Under the pieces are notes generated by a model. That model searched no databases. It worked only from the letters and a program-made list of their open reading frames with translations, and was not told the origin of the DNA. From an uncultured Chloroflexia bacterium (GTDB taxonomy: Bacteria > Chloroflexota > Anaerolineae > Anaerolineales > Anaerolineaceae), in contig OY969938.1 of NCBI GenBank assembly GCA_963704755.1, forward strand, positions 3,990,001 through 4,022,000: a stretch of 32,000 nucleotides of DNA, read 5' to 3'. Made by a program: the position numbers and the translations under genes. Shown here piece by piece: positions 15,471 to 23,135 of the stretch. Position 1 is the stretch's first letter. Each line of letters begins with the position of its first letter.

Positions 15471-15600
15471 CTTACCGATTTGTAATTCGCCTCCCCCTGG
15501 ATTTGTGCAGAAATTTTCTAAGAAAGGGGTTTATTAATTAGAACGCTTGTGCTATGATATCCGGGGAGGGATCAATGAAGCTGACTTTCACAGACGCAAA

Positions 15601-16069
15601 CTATCCCTTTTCTTTTGAAGTAACGCTGAAACCGAATTTCTCCAAAATAGACGAAGAGATTTCAACCGCCTCGGGCGAATCGGGCTGGATCGAGCGTGTT
15701 CTCAAAGTAAGTTCGATCTCATCCAACGCAGCCCGCAGGCGTTCGCGTAATTCGGGTGGGAGAGAAGCAAAAGGCACATATGCCGAATCAGGTCTGGCAT
15801 AGCCGAGCACATCCAGCAAAGAATTATCTTCGAGGATCCTGCAGATTTTCAAAGCATTTTCGTAATTTGGTTTTCGGGTTCCGTTTAATATAAGCCGAAC
15901 CAGTTGGCTGGCTCACATCAATGAATTCCGAAAAGTCGGAAATGCTTCTTGGTCGTCCGCTTTCCCTCTCCCAATTCAGATATTTGTTACGAAACCAATT
16001 CGCCAACTCGGAATATCTCACTTTTTCATAATAACAACTTTTTATTTGTTTGTTAACACCTGTTGACAT
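15601..16069 (-). pseudogene. XRE-family (CI-like) repressor split by a 1-nt frame disruption
   Basis: ORF 15824..16069 gives ...SISDFSEFIDVSQPTGSAY and then nonsense. Shifting one nt at TATATTAAAC (about 15886-15893) continues LNGTRKPNYENALKICRILEDNSLLDVLGY (ORF 15601..15852), completing a canonical HTH_3 domain. Confidence 0.75.
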
Positions 16070-16109
16070 ATTATATAACTCGTAGTATATTATTACTACA
16101 TGTAGTAAT
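16063..16109 (+). promoter_or_regulatory. Early promoter (TTGACA-17-TATATT) with an adjacent 18-bp perfect palindromic operator
   Basis: TTGACA at 16063-16068, TATATT at 16086-16091, and palindrome ATTACTACATGTAGTAAT at 16092-16109. These lie in the divergent intergenic region between the repressor and the cro-like gene. Confidence 0.55.
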
Positions 16110-16128
16110 TAGCATATGGAGAATAAAC

Positions 16129-16419
16129 ATGGTTTCCACAATCCAGGAAATAACAATCAAATACCTGGAAGGCAAGACCCTGGACGAATTCGCCGCGGGT
16201 TTAGGTATTGGCACCAGCCGGCAGAGTGTGCACCACTGGAAGGAAGGGAACCGCACACCCAACCCGATGACGCTCTTCATGGTTTTGGCCAGCTCGAAGT
16301 CGACCGATTGGGCCAGGACCTGGGCATCCGAATGCCTGAAGGTATTGCAACGGCCCAGCCTGGCAAAGAATCAATCGCCGGAACCAAATCTCGAACATCT
16401 AATGCAAGGGGAGAAATAG
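16129..16419 (+). CDS. Cro-like HTH regulator
   Basis: ATG at 16129 after GGAGA. LDEFAAGLGIGTSRQSVHHWKEGNRTPNPMTLFMV is an HTH_3-like helix-turn-helix. It is divergent from the repressor. Confidence 0.75.
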   Translation: MVSTIQEITIKYLEGKTLDEFAAGLGIGTSRQSVHHWKEGNRTPNPMTLFMVLASSKSTDWARTWASECLKVLQRPSLAKNQSPEPNLEHLMQGEK

Positions 16420-16427
16420 AAACCATC

Positions 16428-17393
16428 ATGAACGATCCTGAAACAGCGATCACCTGGACGGTGGCGCCTTCTTCCACCTGGGAAGAGGCGTACCGGTTGT
16501 GGCTGGCCGGGCTGCACGCCGAAAACACCCGGCGGGCTTACGACCAGTCTTTCGAGGATTTACGCCGCTTCGTGGGCGGCAACCCGGAGCACGTCAGCCG
16601 GGCGGACGTGGCCCGCTGGATGGAGGACATGCGCAAACGCAACCTGAGCAAATCTACCATCAGCATGCGCCTGGCGGCCGTCTCCAGCTTTTACAAATTC
16701 ACCGAAAACACCTTCGACGACCTGCTGCCGGCCGGCAACCCGGCGGCCGCCAGCGACCGACCCAAGGTCTCGTTGTACGGCAAGGCCAGCTACCTCTCCC
16801 CCACCGAAGCCAAGGCGCTGCTGCGGGCCATCGACCGCAAGAAGGTGCAGGGCCGGCGCGATTACGCCCTGTTCCTGGGTTACCTGATGACCGGCCGGCG
16901 CAACAGCGAATGGCGCTGCGTGCGCTTCGGCGACTTCGTCAACAAGGGCACGCGGGTGCTGTACCGCTGGTCGGGCAAGGGTAAATCGAACGTGCTGTCC
17001 GAGCTGCCCATGCCGGTGTGGGAGTCGATCCTGGAGCTGCTGCAGGCAGACGGGCGCTCGAAAACGATCCAGACGGGGGATTACATCTTCGCCCCCTTCG
17101 CCGATTCGATCCACCGTAAGGAATGGGACAGCAGCCGGCCGGTGGGCGCGCGCGACGTTTTGCAGTTGTTAAAGACCTACGGGCGCAGGGCCGGCCTCAA
17201 CCCGGCCATGCTGCGGGTGCACATGCTCCGCCATTCCGCCGCGATGCTGCGCAAAGAAGCCGGCGACGACGTGGAATCGATCTGTAAATTCCTGGGGCAT
17301 TCCAGCCTGGCGATTACCCAGATCTACCTGCACCAGGTGGAAGGGCGCTCCGACCAGTCCTGGGCGACGGTGGCCCAGATGCTGGGGCTTTGA
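16428..17393 (+). CDS. int: Tyrosine recombinase / phage integrase (integrase 2)
   Basis: Begins MNDPETAITW. N-terminal SAM-like domain (NTRRAYDQSFEDLRRF...SKSTISMRLAAVSSFYKF). Catalytic GRRNSEW (R), HMLRHSAAM (HxxR), LGHSSLAITQIYLH (H...Y). Confidence 0.9.
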   Translation: MNDPETAITWTVAPSSTWEEAYRLWLAGLHAENTRRAYDQSFEDLRRFVGGNPEHVSRADVARWMEDMRKRNLSKSTISMRLAAVSSFYKFTENTFDDLLPAGNPAAASDRPKVSLYGKASYLSPTEAKALLRAIDRKKVQGRRDYALFLGYLMTGRRNSEWRCVRFGDFVNKGTRVLYRWSGKGKSNVLSELPMPVWESILELLQADGRSKTIQTGDYIFAPFADSIHRKEWDSSRPVGARDVLQLLKTYGRRAGLNPAMLRVHMLRHSAAMLRKEAGDDVESICKFLGHSSLAITQIYLHQVEGRSDQSWATVAQMLGL

Positions 17394-17406
17394 GGGGAGC
17401 GCTGCG

Positions 17407-17517
17407 ATGAAGAACCTCTGGCCGGAGTTGGTCCGCTCGTTTCGCGATGATCGCAGCGACTGGCTGCTGGCTTTGCTGGCGGTGGCCGGCGGGATCCTCG
17501 CGGTTTTGTTTTCATAA
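17407..17517 (+). CDS. Possible 36-aa single-TM peptide
   Basis: MKNLWPELVRSFRDDRSDWLLALLAVAGGILAVLFS*. Below the ORF-track length cutoff, 14 nt after the integrase stop. Confidence 0.3.
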   Translation: MKNLWPELVRSFRDDRSDWLLALLAVAGGILAVLFS

Positions 17518-17564
17518 ATCCATGATAGCTATTTTTTCGATTTTGTCAGAACTTGGGAGGGACT

Positions 17565-17678
17565 ATGGGAGGCAAAAACCAGCCGAAAACGTACTTGAGG
17601 GTGGCCAGCCTGATCATCTTTGGGGTGGCGATCCTACTTCTTATCGCAGGAGCGGCTTTATGGATGGGATCCTTCTAG
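17565..17678 (+). CDS. Possible 37-aa single-TM peptide
   Basis: GGGAGGG RBS, then MGGKNQPKTYLRVASLIIFGVAILLLIAGAALWMGSF*. Overlaps the next ORF start by 19 nt. Confidence 0.4.
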   Translation: MGGKNQPKTYLRVASLIIFGVAILLLIAGAALWMGSF

Positions 17679-18052
17679 GAATTTTCTTCTTCATCTGCGC
17701 GGCGGGGCTGTTTTTGGCCGGCTACATCGTGCACGCCGCCCAGGCAAAAATCGAAGACACCGAACGGAGGGTGAAGGAGCTCGAAACCTCGAAGAACGCA
17801 GAAATCGAAACCTTGAAAAACCGGCTGAGTGAGCTGGAGACTGGGAAAAAGACGCGCAATTCTTACCTGACCAACAGCGGCCTGGAAGATTCGGTGGCTG
17901 TGCTGCTGGACGCCCAGCAGACCATCGAATACCTGGCCATCCGCAACAAACAGGCCGCCGACATCTTACGCCAGATCCGCAGCGACCCGGGCGGGTACAA
18001 CGAAGACTTGCCAAACGGCAAGAAGAACTTTAACAACTTCCCGGCGGGGTGA
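17660..18052 (+). CDS. N-terminal TM plus coiled-coil protein (130 aa)
   Basis: MDGILLGIFFFICAAGLFLAGYIV followed by heptad-like KIEDTERRVKELETSKNAEIETLKNRLSELETGKK. Confidence 0.65.
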   Translation: MDGILLGIFFFICAAGLFLAGYIVHAAQAKIEDTERRVKELETSKNAEIETLKNRLSELETGKKTRNSYLTNSGLEDSVAVLLDAQQTIEYLAIRNKQAADILRQIRSDPGGYNEDLPNGKKNFNNFPAG

Positions 18053-18175
18053 GATATCCCGTACCCCGCACCGGGCGGTGCCAGCCGCCCACTTCCAATA
18101 TCGGCCTGCCGGGATCACGCCATCCCGCAAGGGATGCCCGGCAGGCATTGTTCAGAGAATGGAGAATAGTGACGA

Positions 18176-18203
18176 GTAAGAAGTAAGAAGTAAGAAGTAA
18201 GAA
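18176..18203. repeat. Heptanucleotide microsatellite (GTAAGAA)x4
   Basis: Four perfect tandem copies at the start of the AT-rich 18150-18660 insert. Confidence 0.9.
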
Positions 18204-18327
18204 GGAAAAGGATAGGTTTTGATAAATATGTATTATCGAAAGATAAAAACGAACCTTAATAAATAAACAATCAGGCAGTCATCCCTTCCTACATTTTGGA
18301 GGACTGCCTAATTATTGGGGTAAATAA

Positions 18328-18364
18328 CCCCTGTCAGTTCGAACTGACTCACTTTAGCGAAGTG
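18328..18364. other. Rearranged partial copy of the neighbouring tRNA (acceptor/T-arm-like plus anticodon-arm hairpin)
   Basis: CCCCTG-TCAGTTCGAACTGA resembles 18459-18480 (CCCCTGCCCAGATTCGAACTGG) in direct orientation. CTCACTTTAGCGAAGTG (18348-18364) is the exact reverse complement of 18488-18504 inside the tRNA. Confidence 0.55.
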
Positions 18365-18456
18365 TTAATTCATTATAGCAATTCGTGATACATCGGTCAA
18401 TAGATGTTGACAAAAGTTAACAAAAATTTACCACTTTGTAATTTTTTGGGTTTTAT

Positions 18457-18529
18457 TGCCCCTGCCCAGATTCGAACTGGGATTTTCCACTTCGCTAAAG
18501 TGAGGTCTTATCCATTAGATGACAGAGGC
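18457..18529 (-). tRNA. 73-nt tRNA, apparent anticodon AGC (A34, G37), no encoded CCA; identity uncertain
   Basis: The reverse strand folds as GCCTCTG-TC-ATCT-AATGGATA-AGAC-C-TCACT-TTAGCGA-AGTGG-AAAAT-CCCAG-TTCGAAT-CTGGG-CAGGGGC-A. It has a 7-bp acceptor, U8, A14, GG in the D loop, T54-T55-C56 and A58. A TTGAAA -35 box (18566-18561) and an A/T-rich -10 lie just upstream of the 5' end. Confidence 0.75.
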
Positions 18530-18898
18530 GTACCTATATTTTTACACGAGTTAAGAAATTTTTCAACTCCTGTGGAATGAGTTAGTTGATCAATTTTTCT
18601 ATTTTCACAGTAATTTCTTAGTACCTGCAATAGTGAAGCAAATATAGTACGGTTCAAGTGGGCGCTGGAGCAGCAACGCTGGATCTCCCCCTATCCATCG
18701 TATCGGCGGGTTCGAGGCCCCCGAGCCCCACTTCTCGCCGGGTGGCGAGGACGACCTTTTTTCTCCTTCGGTATTAGCGGTATGGCCACGCGCGGGGTCA
18801 TCCCCTCCCCACGCGGCGGCGGCCCGGCCAGCCTGGCACCCCGGAAGCAGCCCAACAAATCCCCCGGACGGAGCGGGGGTAACCACGGAAGCGACGCC

Positions 18899-19159
18899 AT
18901 GAATACGACAACCCTCGAAACGCAAACCTTCAAATTTCTGGACATGGTCGAAACCCCCAACGGCGTGGGCCTGGTGCAGGGCCAACTGGTGGAACACGGC
19001 CAGGCTAAACGGTACCTGGTTTCGCACGACGCGCGGGGAGAGCTGGCCCCCGAATTGAGAGACCAATACCACGGCGGGCCGTGGGTGCTAAACGCCTACG
19101 CGCCCGACCAACTCAAACGGATTGGGCCGGCGAAATTTTCAATCGGACGGAGGCACTAA
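18899..19159 (+). CDS. Hypothetical phage early protein (86 aa)
   Basis: ATG at 18899 (MNTTTLETQTFKFLDMVETPNGVGLVQG). Its stop overlaps the ssb start (TAATG). Confidence 0.65.
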   Translation: MNTTTLETQTFKFLDMVETPNGVGLVQGQLVEHGQAKRYLVSHDARGELAPELRDQYHGGPWVLNAYAPDQLKRIGPAKFSIGRRH

Positions 19160-19554
19160 TGTTTCACACCATCATTCTGGCCGGCCATTTGGGCCGCGAC
19201 CCCGAATTACGCTACACGCCGGACGGCCAGGCCGTGACCAGCTTTTCGCTGGCCGTAGCGGACGGTTTCGGCGACAGCAAGAAGACGATCTGGTTCCGGG
19301 TTTCGGCCTGGGGCAAGCTGGGCGAGAGCTGCAACGAATACCTGCGCAAGGGCAGCAAGGCGCTGGTGGAAGGCCGGCTGGCGGCGGATAAAGCCAGCGG
19401 CGGCCCGCGGACCTGGGAAGACCAGAGCGGGCGCACGCGGGCGTCCTTCGAGGTGAGCGCCACGGCGGTGCGGTTCTTGAGCTCGAAGAACGAGGCCGGC
19501 GAGCCGGCCGGGGGCAGTACCCTGGACGACGCCAGCGACGATATCCCCTTCTAG
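19159..19554 (+). CDS. ssb: Single-stranded DNA-binding protein
   Basis: MFHTIILAGHLGRDPELRYTPDGQAVTSFSLAV...WFRVSAWGKLGESCNEYLRKGSKALVEGRL, with an acidic tail ending DDIPF. Confidence 0.92.
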   Translation: MFHTIILAGHLGRDPELRYTPDGQAVTSFSLAVADGFGDSKKTIWFRVSAWGKLGESCNEYLRKGSKALVEGRLAADKASGGPRTWEDQSGRTRASFEVSATAVRFLSSKNEAGEPAGGSTLDDASDDIPF

Positions 19555-19563
19555 GTGGACCCG

Positions 19564-19944
19564 ATGAGCACTTACGACGACGAAATCAAACTGATGCCGC
19601 CCGGCCTGGACCGAGCGGTGCTGCGGGCGCTGAGCTTCCACGTGGGCCGAGAGAAAGCCATCGGCCGGGACGACCTGGTGGAAGCCTGCGGGCGGGTGGG
19701 GTTCAAATCCACCGAGCGCCAGGTGAGGGAAACCATCAAGCAGCTACGCCGGGAGGGGCATCTGATCTGCAGCGCGCCATCTATCAACGGCGGTTACTGG
19801 TTGGCGAATAACCGGCTGGAGTACAACGCCTTTCGCAAGACGGAATACCGGGCGAAGATCCTGGACATGGAAGAGACGCTCAAGGCAATGGACGCGTCCG
19901 CCGACAGCCAGTTCGGCCAGGATACCCAGCCCAACTTATTTTGA
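19564..19944 (+). CDS. Hypothetical phage protein, probable winged-helix
   Basis: AGGTGG, then 5 nt, then ATG at 19564. LRALSFHVGREKAIGRDDLVEACGRVGFKSTERQVRETIKQLRREGHLICS. Confidence 0.65.
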   Translation: MSTYDDEIKLMPPGLDRAVLRALSFHVGREKAIGRDDLVEACGRVGFKSTERQVRETIKQLRREGHLICSAPSINGGYWLANNRLEYNAFRKTEYRAKILDMEETLKAMDASADSQFGQDTQPNLF

Positions 19945-20115
19945 AAGAAGTTTCTACATTCAAATGAACATTTTCAACTTCTTATTCACCTTGTTGTGCG
20001 GCTTACCATTATTGAGCGGGGCGTGTATCTTTCTGCTTTCAGCCCGCGAAGCTGCGCGGCTGTGGGCTGCCTTGCGAAGATTGCGGCCGAGTAAAACGCA
20101 ACGCCGGGGGCCGGT

Positions 20116-21219
20116 ATGCAACTGACCGCTGCGATGCTGCGCACGTTGAAGGGCTCGCCGCTCTCGGTTCTGATGGCGCTGGCCCTGACCCGCCAACCGG
20201 TGGGCTCCGAATGGCTGCAAACCGCGACCGGGTATTCGGACAAATCGATCCAGACCGGGCTGAACGTGCTGGTGGAGTTCGGCCTGGTGACGCGCAACGG
20301 CCGCTACGCCTGGCAGATTGCTGCCGGGGTGGAACAACTTCCACTGATGGCGCCCGAACTGGACGAGCCCCAGCCCCAAGCGAACCAACCAACCGAGGAG
20401 CCGGCCGGCGACGATGAAACGCCAGAGGACCCAGGGCGGGAGTCGGAAAATTTCCGAGTCGGAGAATTTCCGACTCCCGCTCCTCTAGCTAGTAGTAGTT
20501 TTAACCAGTCTCTAGAATCTGGAGATAACCTACCACCAGATTCTAGAGCGGGCGAGTCGGAAAATTTCCGGGTCCTGGACGAATTGGGCATCCGCGAGCC
20601 GGCCCGCTCGAGGCTGGCCAGGCTGGCGCACGTCACCCCGCGGCTGATCCGCTACCACTGCGCCACGGCGGAGAATTTCGGCCAGGCGATCTACCGGATC
20701 GAGCACGATTGGGGTGTGCCGGATGGGTGGAAAGAATCTCCCCTACCCCCCTTTGCAAGGGGGGAAAGAATTCTAACCACAGAGGGCACAGAGGACACAG
20801 AGGTTTTTGAGGGTGCGGAGAAAACCGAGGAGCTGGAGCCGGCGGACGAGCGGACTCTACTCGCCTGGGGAAACGCCCAGACGACCCTGGCCGGGGAGAT
20901 CACAAAAGCCGAATTCGAGACCTGGGTGCTGCCGGCCAGGGTCGCAGGAGTGTCCTGTCCGGGCATGAACAGCCCGGATCTACGACCTGGCAAAGGCAGC
21001 CGGGATCTGCGACCTGGCAATACCAGCCCGGATCTTCGACCGGGCAAGGACGGCCAGGATCTCGGGCCAGGTGATCCGATGGGTGTTTCCGCGGAAACGC
21101 CGGAGTTGATCGTCTGGGTGGGCAACCCGTACGGCGCGCGCTGGCTGGATGGCCACGTCAAGGGCCGGCTAGAGGGGCTGGTGGGGATGCCCGTCCGGGT
21201 GGAGGTGCGCAATGGCTGA
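20116..21219 (+). CDS. Putative replication initiator / wHTH DNA-binding protein with internal repeats
   Basis: N-terminal MLRTLKGSPLSVLMALALTRQPVGSEWLQTATGYSDKSIQTGLNVLVEFGLVTRNGRY (wHTH). The central low-complexity linker is encoded by iteron-like DNA, and there are 9-aa SPDLRPGKG repeats. Confidence 0.7.
   Translation: MQLTAAMLRTLKGSPLSVLMALALTRQPVGSEWLQTATGYSDKSIQTGLNVLVEFGLVTRNGRYAWQIAAGVEQLPLMAPELDEPQPQANQPTEEPAGDDETPEDPGRESENFRVGEFPTPAPLASSSFNQSLESGDNLPPDSRAGESENFRVLDELGIREPARSRLARLAHVTPRLIRYHCATAENFGQAIYRIEHDWGVPDGWKESPLPPFARGERILTTEGTEDTEVFEGAEKTEELEPADERTLLAWGNAQTTLAGEITKAEFETWVLPARVAGVSCPGMNSPDLRPGKGSRDLRPGNTSPDLRPGKDGQDLGPGDPMGVSAETPELIVWVGNPYGARWLDGHVKGRLEGLVGMPVRVEVRNG
20438..20575. 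repeat. Iteron-like 17-mers and dyads inside the initiator gene (candidate ori)
   Basis: GAGTCGGA(A/G)AATTTCCG occurs at 20440, 20456 and 20554. There is a 41-bp imperfect palindrome at 20438-20478. There is a 12-bp perfect inverted repeat TCTAGAATCTGG/CCAGATTCTAGA at 20511-20547. The intervening stretch is locally AT-rich. Confidence 0.6.
20971..21078 (+). repeat. 27-bp tandem coding repeat (about 4 units)
   Basis: AGCCCGGATCTACGACCTGGCAAAGGC / AGCCGGGATCTGCGACCTGGCAATACC / AGCCCGGATCTTCGACCGGGCAAGGAC / a degenerate fourth unit. Confidence 0.85.
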
Positions 21220-21466
21220 GCACGTGATCCGCTGCGGACATAAGAATTTCGCCGTCCACCTGTGCGATACCGGCGAGGCGCTTTACCGGATATGGATCGA
21301 GACCCTGGGCCGTGACGCCGACCCAGAAGACGTGTACCTGGCCATGCAAGATTATTTCAGCCACAAGAACGGCGTTCGGGACCGCAACGGGAAACCGGTG
21401 GTCAGCAAATGCTTCGAATGCTACACGGCCGAGCTGGCCGATACACCGACTTTCGGAAAGGAGTAA
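21212..21466 (+). CDS. Hypothetical 84-aa phage protein with four Cys
   Basis: The ATG overlaps the previous stop (ATGGCTGA). Begins MAEHVIRCGHKNFAVHLC and contains ...KCFEC. Confidence 0.6.
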   Translation: MAEHVIRCGHKNFAVHLCDTGEALYRIWIETLGRDADPEDVYLAMQDYFSHKNGVRDRNGKPVVSKCFECYTAELADTPTFGKE

Positions 21467-21470
21467 TGCC

Positions 21471-23135
21471 ATGTACGAAATCTTAGTCCCGCTCGAAATG
21501 ATCGAGCCCAACCCCTGGCAGCCGCGCGAGAAGGAAGACGCGGAGCACATCAAGAACCTGGCGCTTTCCATCGCCAGGGACAGCCTGCTGCAAAAGCCGG
21601 CCGGCCGGCTGATCGACAGCGACGGCAAAGCGGTGCGGGTGGCCGAAGCGCTGGGGTTCGTCAACGCCAGCGAGCCACAGATCGCCGACGAGCGCCAGGC
21701 CTGGGCTTACCTGTTCGAGAGCGGGGCGCGGGTACAGCTCGCTTTCGGTCACAGCCGGCTGGCGGCCTTCGCGTGGCTGCGGGATGTGGGGCCCAATTCC
21801 GACCTGCAGGGCGATTGGTCGGCCATGCCGGTGATCGTGCGGGACACCGGCGACGAGGAAATGTTCCGCCTGGCCGTCAGCGAGAACTTGCAGCGGCGGG
21901 ACCTGAGCCCCATCGAGGAAGCCCGCGCGATGCGCCGTTACCGGGACGAATTCGGCAAGACCAGCGCAGAGATCGGGACGCTGTTCGGGCTGAACGAGAG
22001 TTCGGTGCGCAACAAGATCCGCCTGCTGGGGCTGCCCGAAGACGTCCAGACTGCCATCCAAACGGAGGGGATATCGGAGCGGGTGGCGCGGGAAGTGCTC
22101 AGCCTGTTCAGCCTCCCGGAAGAGGTGCGCAAGAAAGCGGAAGAGACGATCCCGGCCTGGACGTCCGAATACCGGCCTTCTGCGATCATCCGGAGCGCGT
22201 TGAACGGCTCCACCAGCGAACAGGTGGCCCAACAGGTGAAAGGCATGCTGGAACGGATCAGCGTATCGATGCAGGGATCGCTCTTCAAGCACGAGCGCGC
22301 CTTCGAAGGCGAAGGGTTCCAATCACCGGCCTGCAAAGGCTGCCCGCTGCGGATCGTGGCGGGAAACGGGGTGTTCTGCCAGGATAAGGATTGCTACTCC
22401 CGAAAACAGGCCGTCGTAAAGGGCGAATACCTCGAAAGGGCTTCGCAGGCTTGCGGGATCCAGGTGATCGAGGACGCCAGCATCCCGGATTATCAAATGA
22501 CCTCTTTCTATTCCGACGACAAAATCAAGGCGCTGATCGCAGCCGGCTGCCAGAATTTGCGGCTGGTGTATGCGGAGTACGGAAAAGAGAGCATCGTCGA
22601 GGACTACCCTTACGCCAAGGTGGTTTGCATGAAACACCCGGCGCACTGTGTCTGCCGGCGGGCGCTGGAGCACGGGGTGGAGCTGCAGCCGGTGGGAACG
22701 GCCGCGCCGGCCGGGGAAGAGCCAGACCGGGAAAGCGCGGACGAGCCCGAGAAGCCGGCCGGGTTGACGGCCGACGACCTGCGCCAGATCGACCGGGAAT
22801 TACGCGCGGCCAAAAAGCGCAACTTGGCCCAGGTGCGCGCGCTGCGCGACCAGGCCCAGGAGAAGGTGTTCGCCGGGATGCGAGAGCTGAACCCGGTGGT
22901 GTGGCACGGGCTGGTGGGGCTGCTGGTAAGCTACCAGAAACGCGACGCGCTGGAAGGCGCGCCGGTGGAAGAGCTGTTCAAGGCGCTAGCGGAACGCCTG
23001 GTGGTGGACCTGTACGATTTCGAGCGAATGTATGGCGAGCCGAAACCGGAGAACGCGGCCGGCGCCTACAACCGGCTGCTGAAGCAGGCCGGGCTTCCTT
23101 TGGTGAGCGTTTCCGCGGAAACGGAGGAGAGCTAA
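21471..23135 (+). CDS. ParB-like nuclease-domain protein with HTH and Cys-rich C-terminal region
   Basis: MYEILVPLEMIEPNPWQPREKEDAEHIKNLALSIARDSLLQKPAG...FGHSRLAAF...RRDLSPIEEARAMRRYRDEFGKTSAEIGTLFGLNESSVRNKIRLLGLPEDV. Confidence 0.85.
   Translation: MYEILVPLEMIEPNPWQPREKEDAEHIKNLALSIARDSLLQKPAGRLIDSDGKAVRVAEALGFVNASEPQIADERQAWAYLFESGARVQLAFGHSRLAAFAWLRDVGPNSDLQGDWSAMPVIVRDTGDEEMFRLAVSENLQRRDLSPIEEARAMRRYRDEFGKTSAEIGTLFGLNESSVRNKIRLLGLPEDVQTAIQTEGISERVAREVLSLFSLPEEVRKKAEETIPAWTSEYRPSAIIRSALNGSTSEQVAQQVKGMLERISVSMQGSLFKHERAFEGEGFQSPACKGCPLRIVAGNGVFCQDKDCYSRKQAVVKGEYLERASQACGIQVIEDASIPDYQMTSFYSDDKIKALIAAGCQNLRLVYAEYGKESIVEDYPYAKVVCMKHPAHCVCRRALEHGVELQPVGTAAPAGEEPDRESADEPEKPAGLTADDLRQIDRELRAAKKRNLAQVRALRDQAQEKVFAGMRELNPVVWHGLVGLLVSYQKRDALEGAPVEELFKALAERLVVDLYDFERMYGEPKPENAAGAYNRLLKQAGLPLVSVSAETEES

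Noticed and set aside
16499-17114. ORFs 16499..16984 (+) and 16560..17114 (-) within integrase 2
   Set aside because: These are off-frame and antisense shadows of a gene with clear tyrosine-recombinase motifs, and their composition is Arg/Pro/Gly-biased.
18104-18146. Nested GC-rich hairpin after the 130-aa TM/coiled-coil gene, as an intrinsic terminator
   Set aside because: A stable 10-bp outer stem with an inner ATCCC-GCAA-GGGAT hairpin is present, but no U-tract follows. I did not list it as a terminator.
18690-18760. T-loop-like GGGTTCGAGGCCC on the + strand upstream of the early genes, as a possible tRNA
   Set aside because: I could not build a cloverleaf: the T-stem is mismatched and there is no matching acceptor or D-arm. 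It probably lies in a GC-rich 5' leader. The nearby hairpin CTCGCC-GGGT-GGCGAG has its T-run 7 nt away, so it is not a confident terminator.
22391-23134. First 248 codons of the 402-aa ORF 22391..23599
   Set aside because: It is an Arg/Gly/Ala-rich off-frame overlap of the ParB-like gene. Only the portion from ATG 23135 looks like genuine protein.
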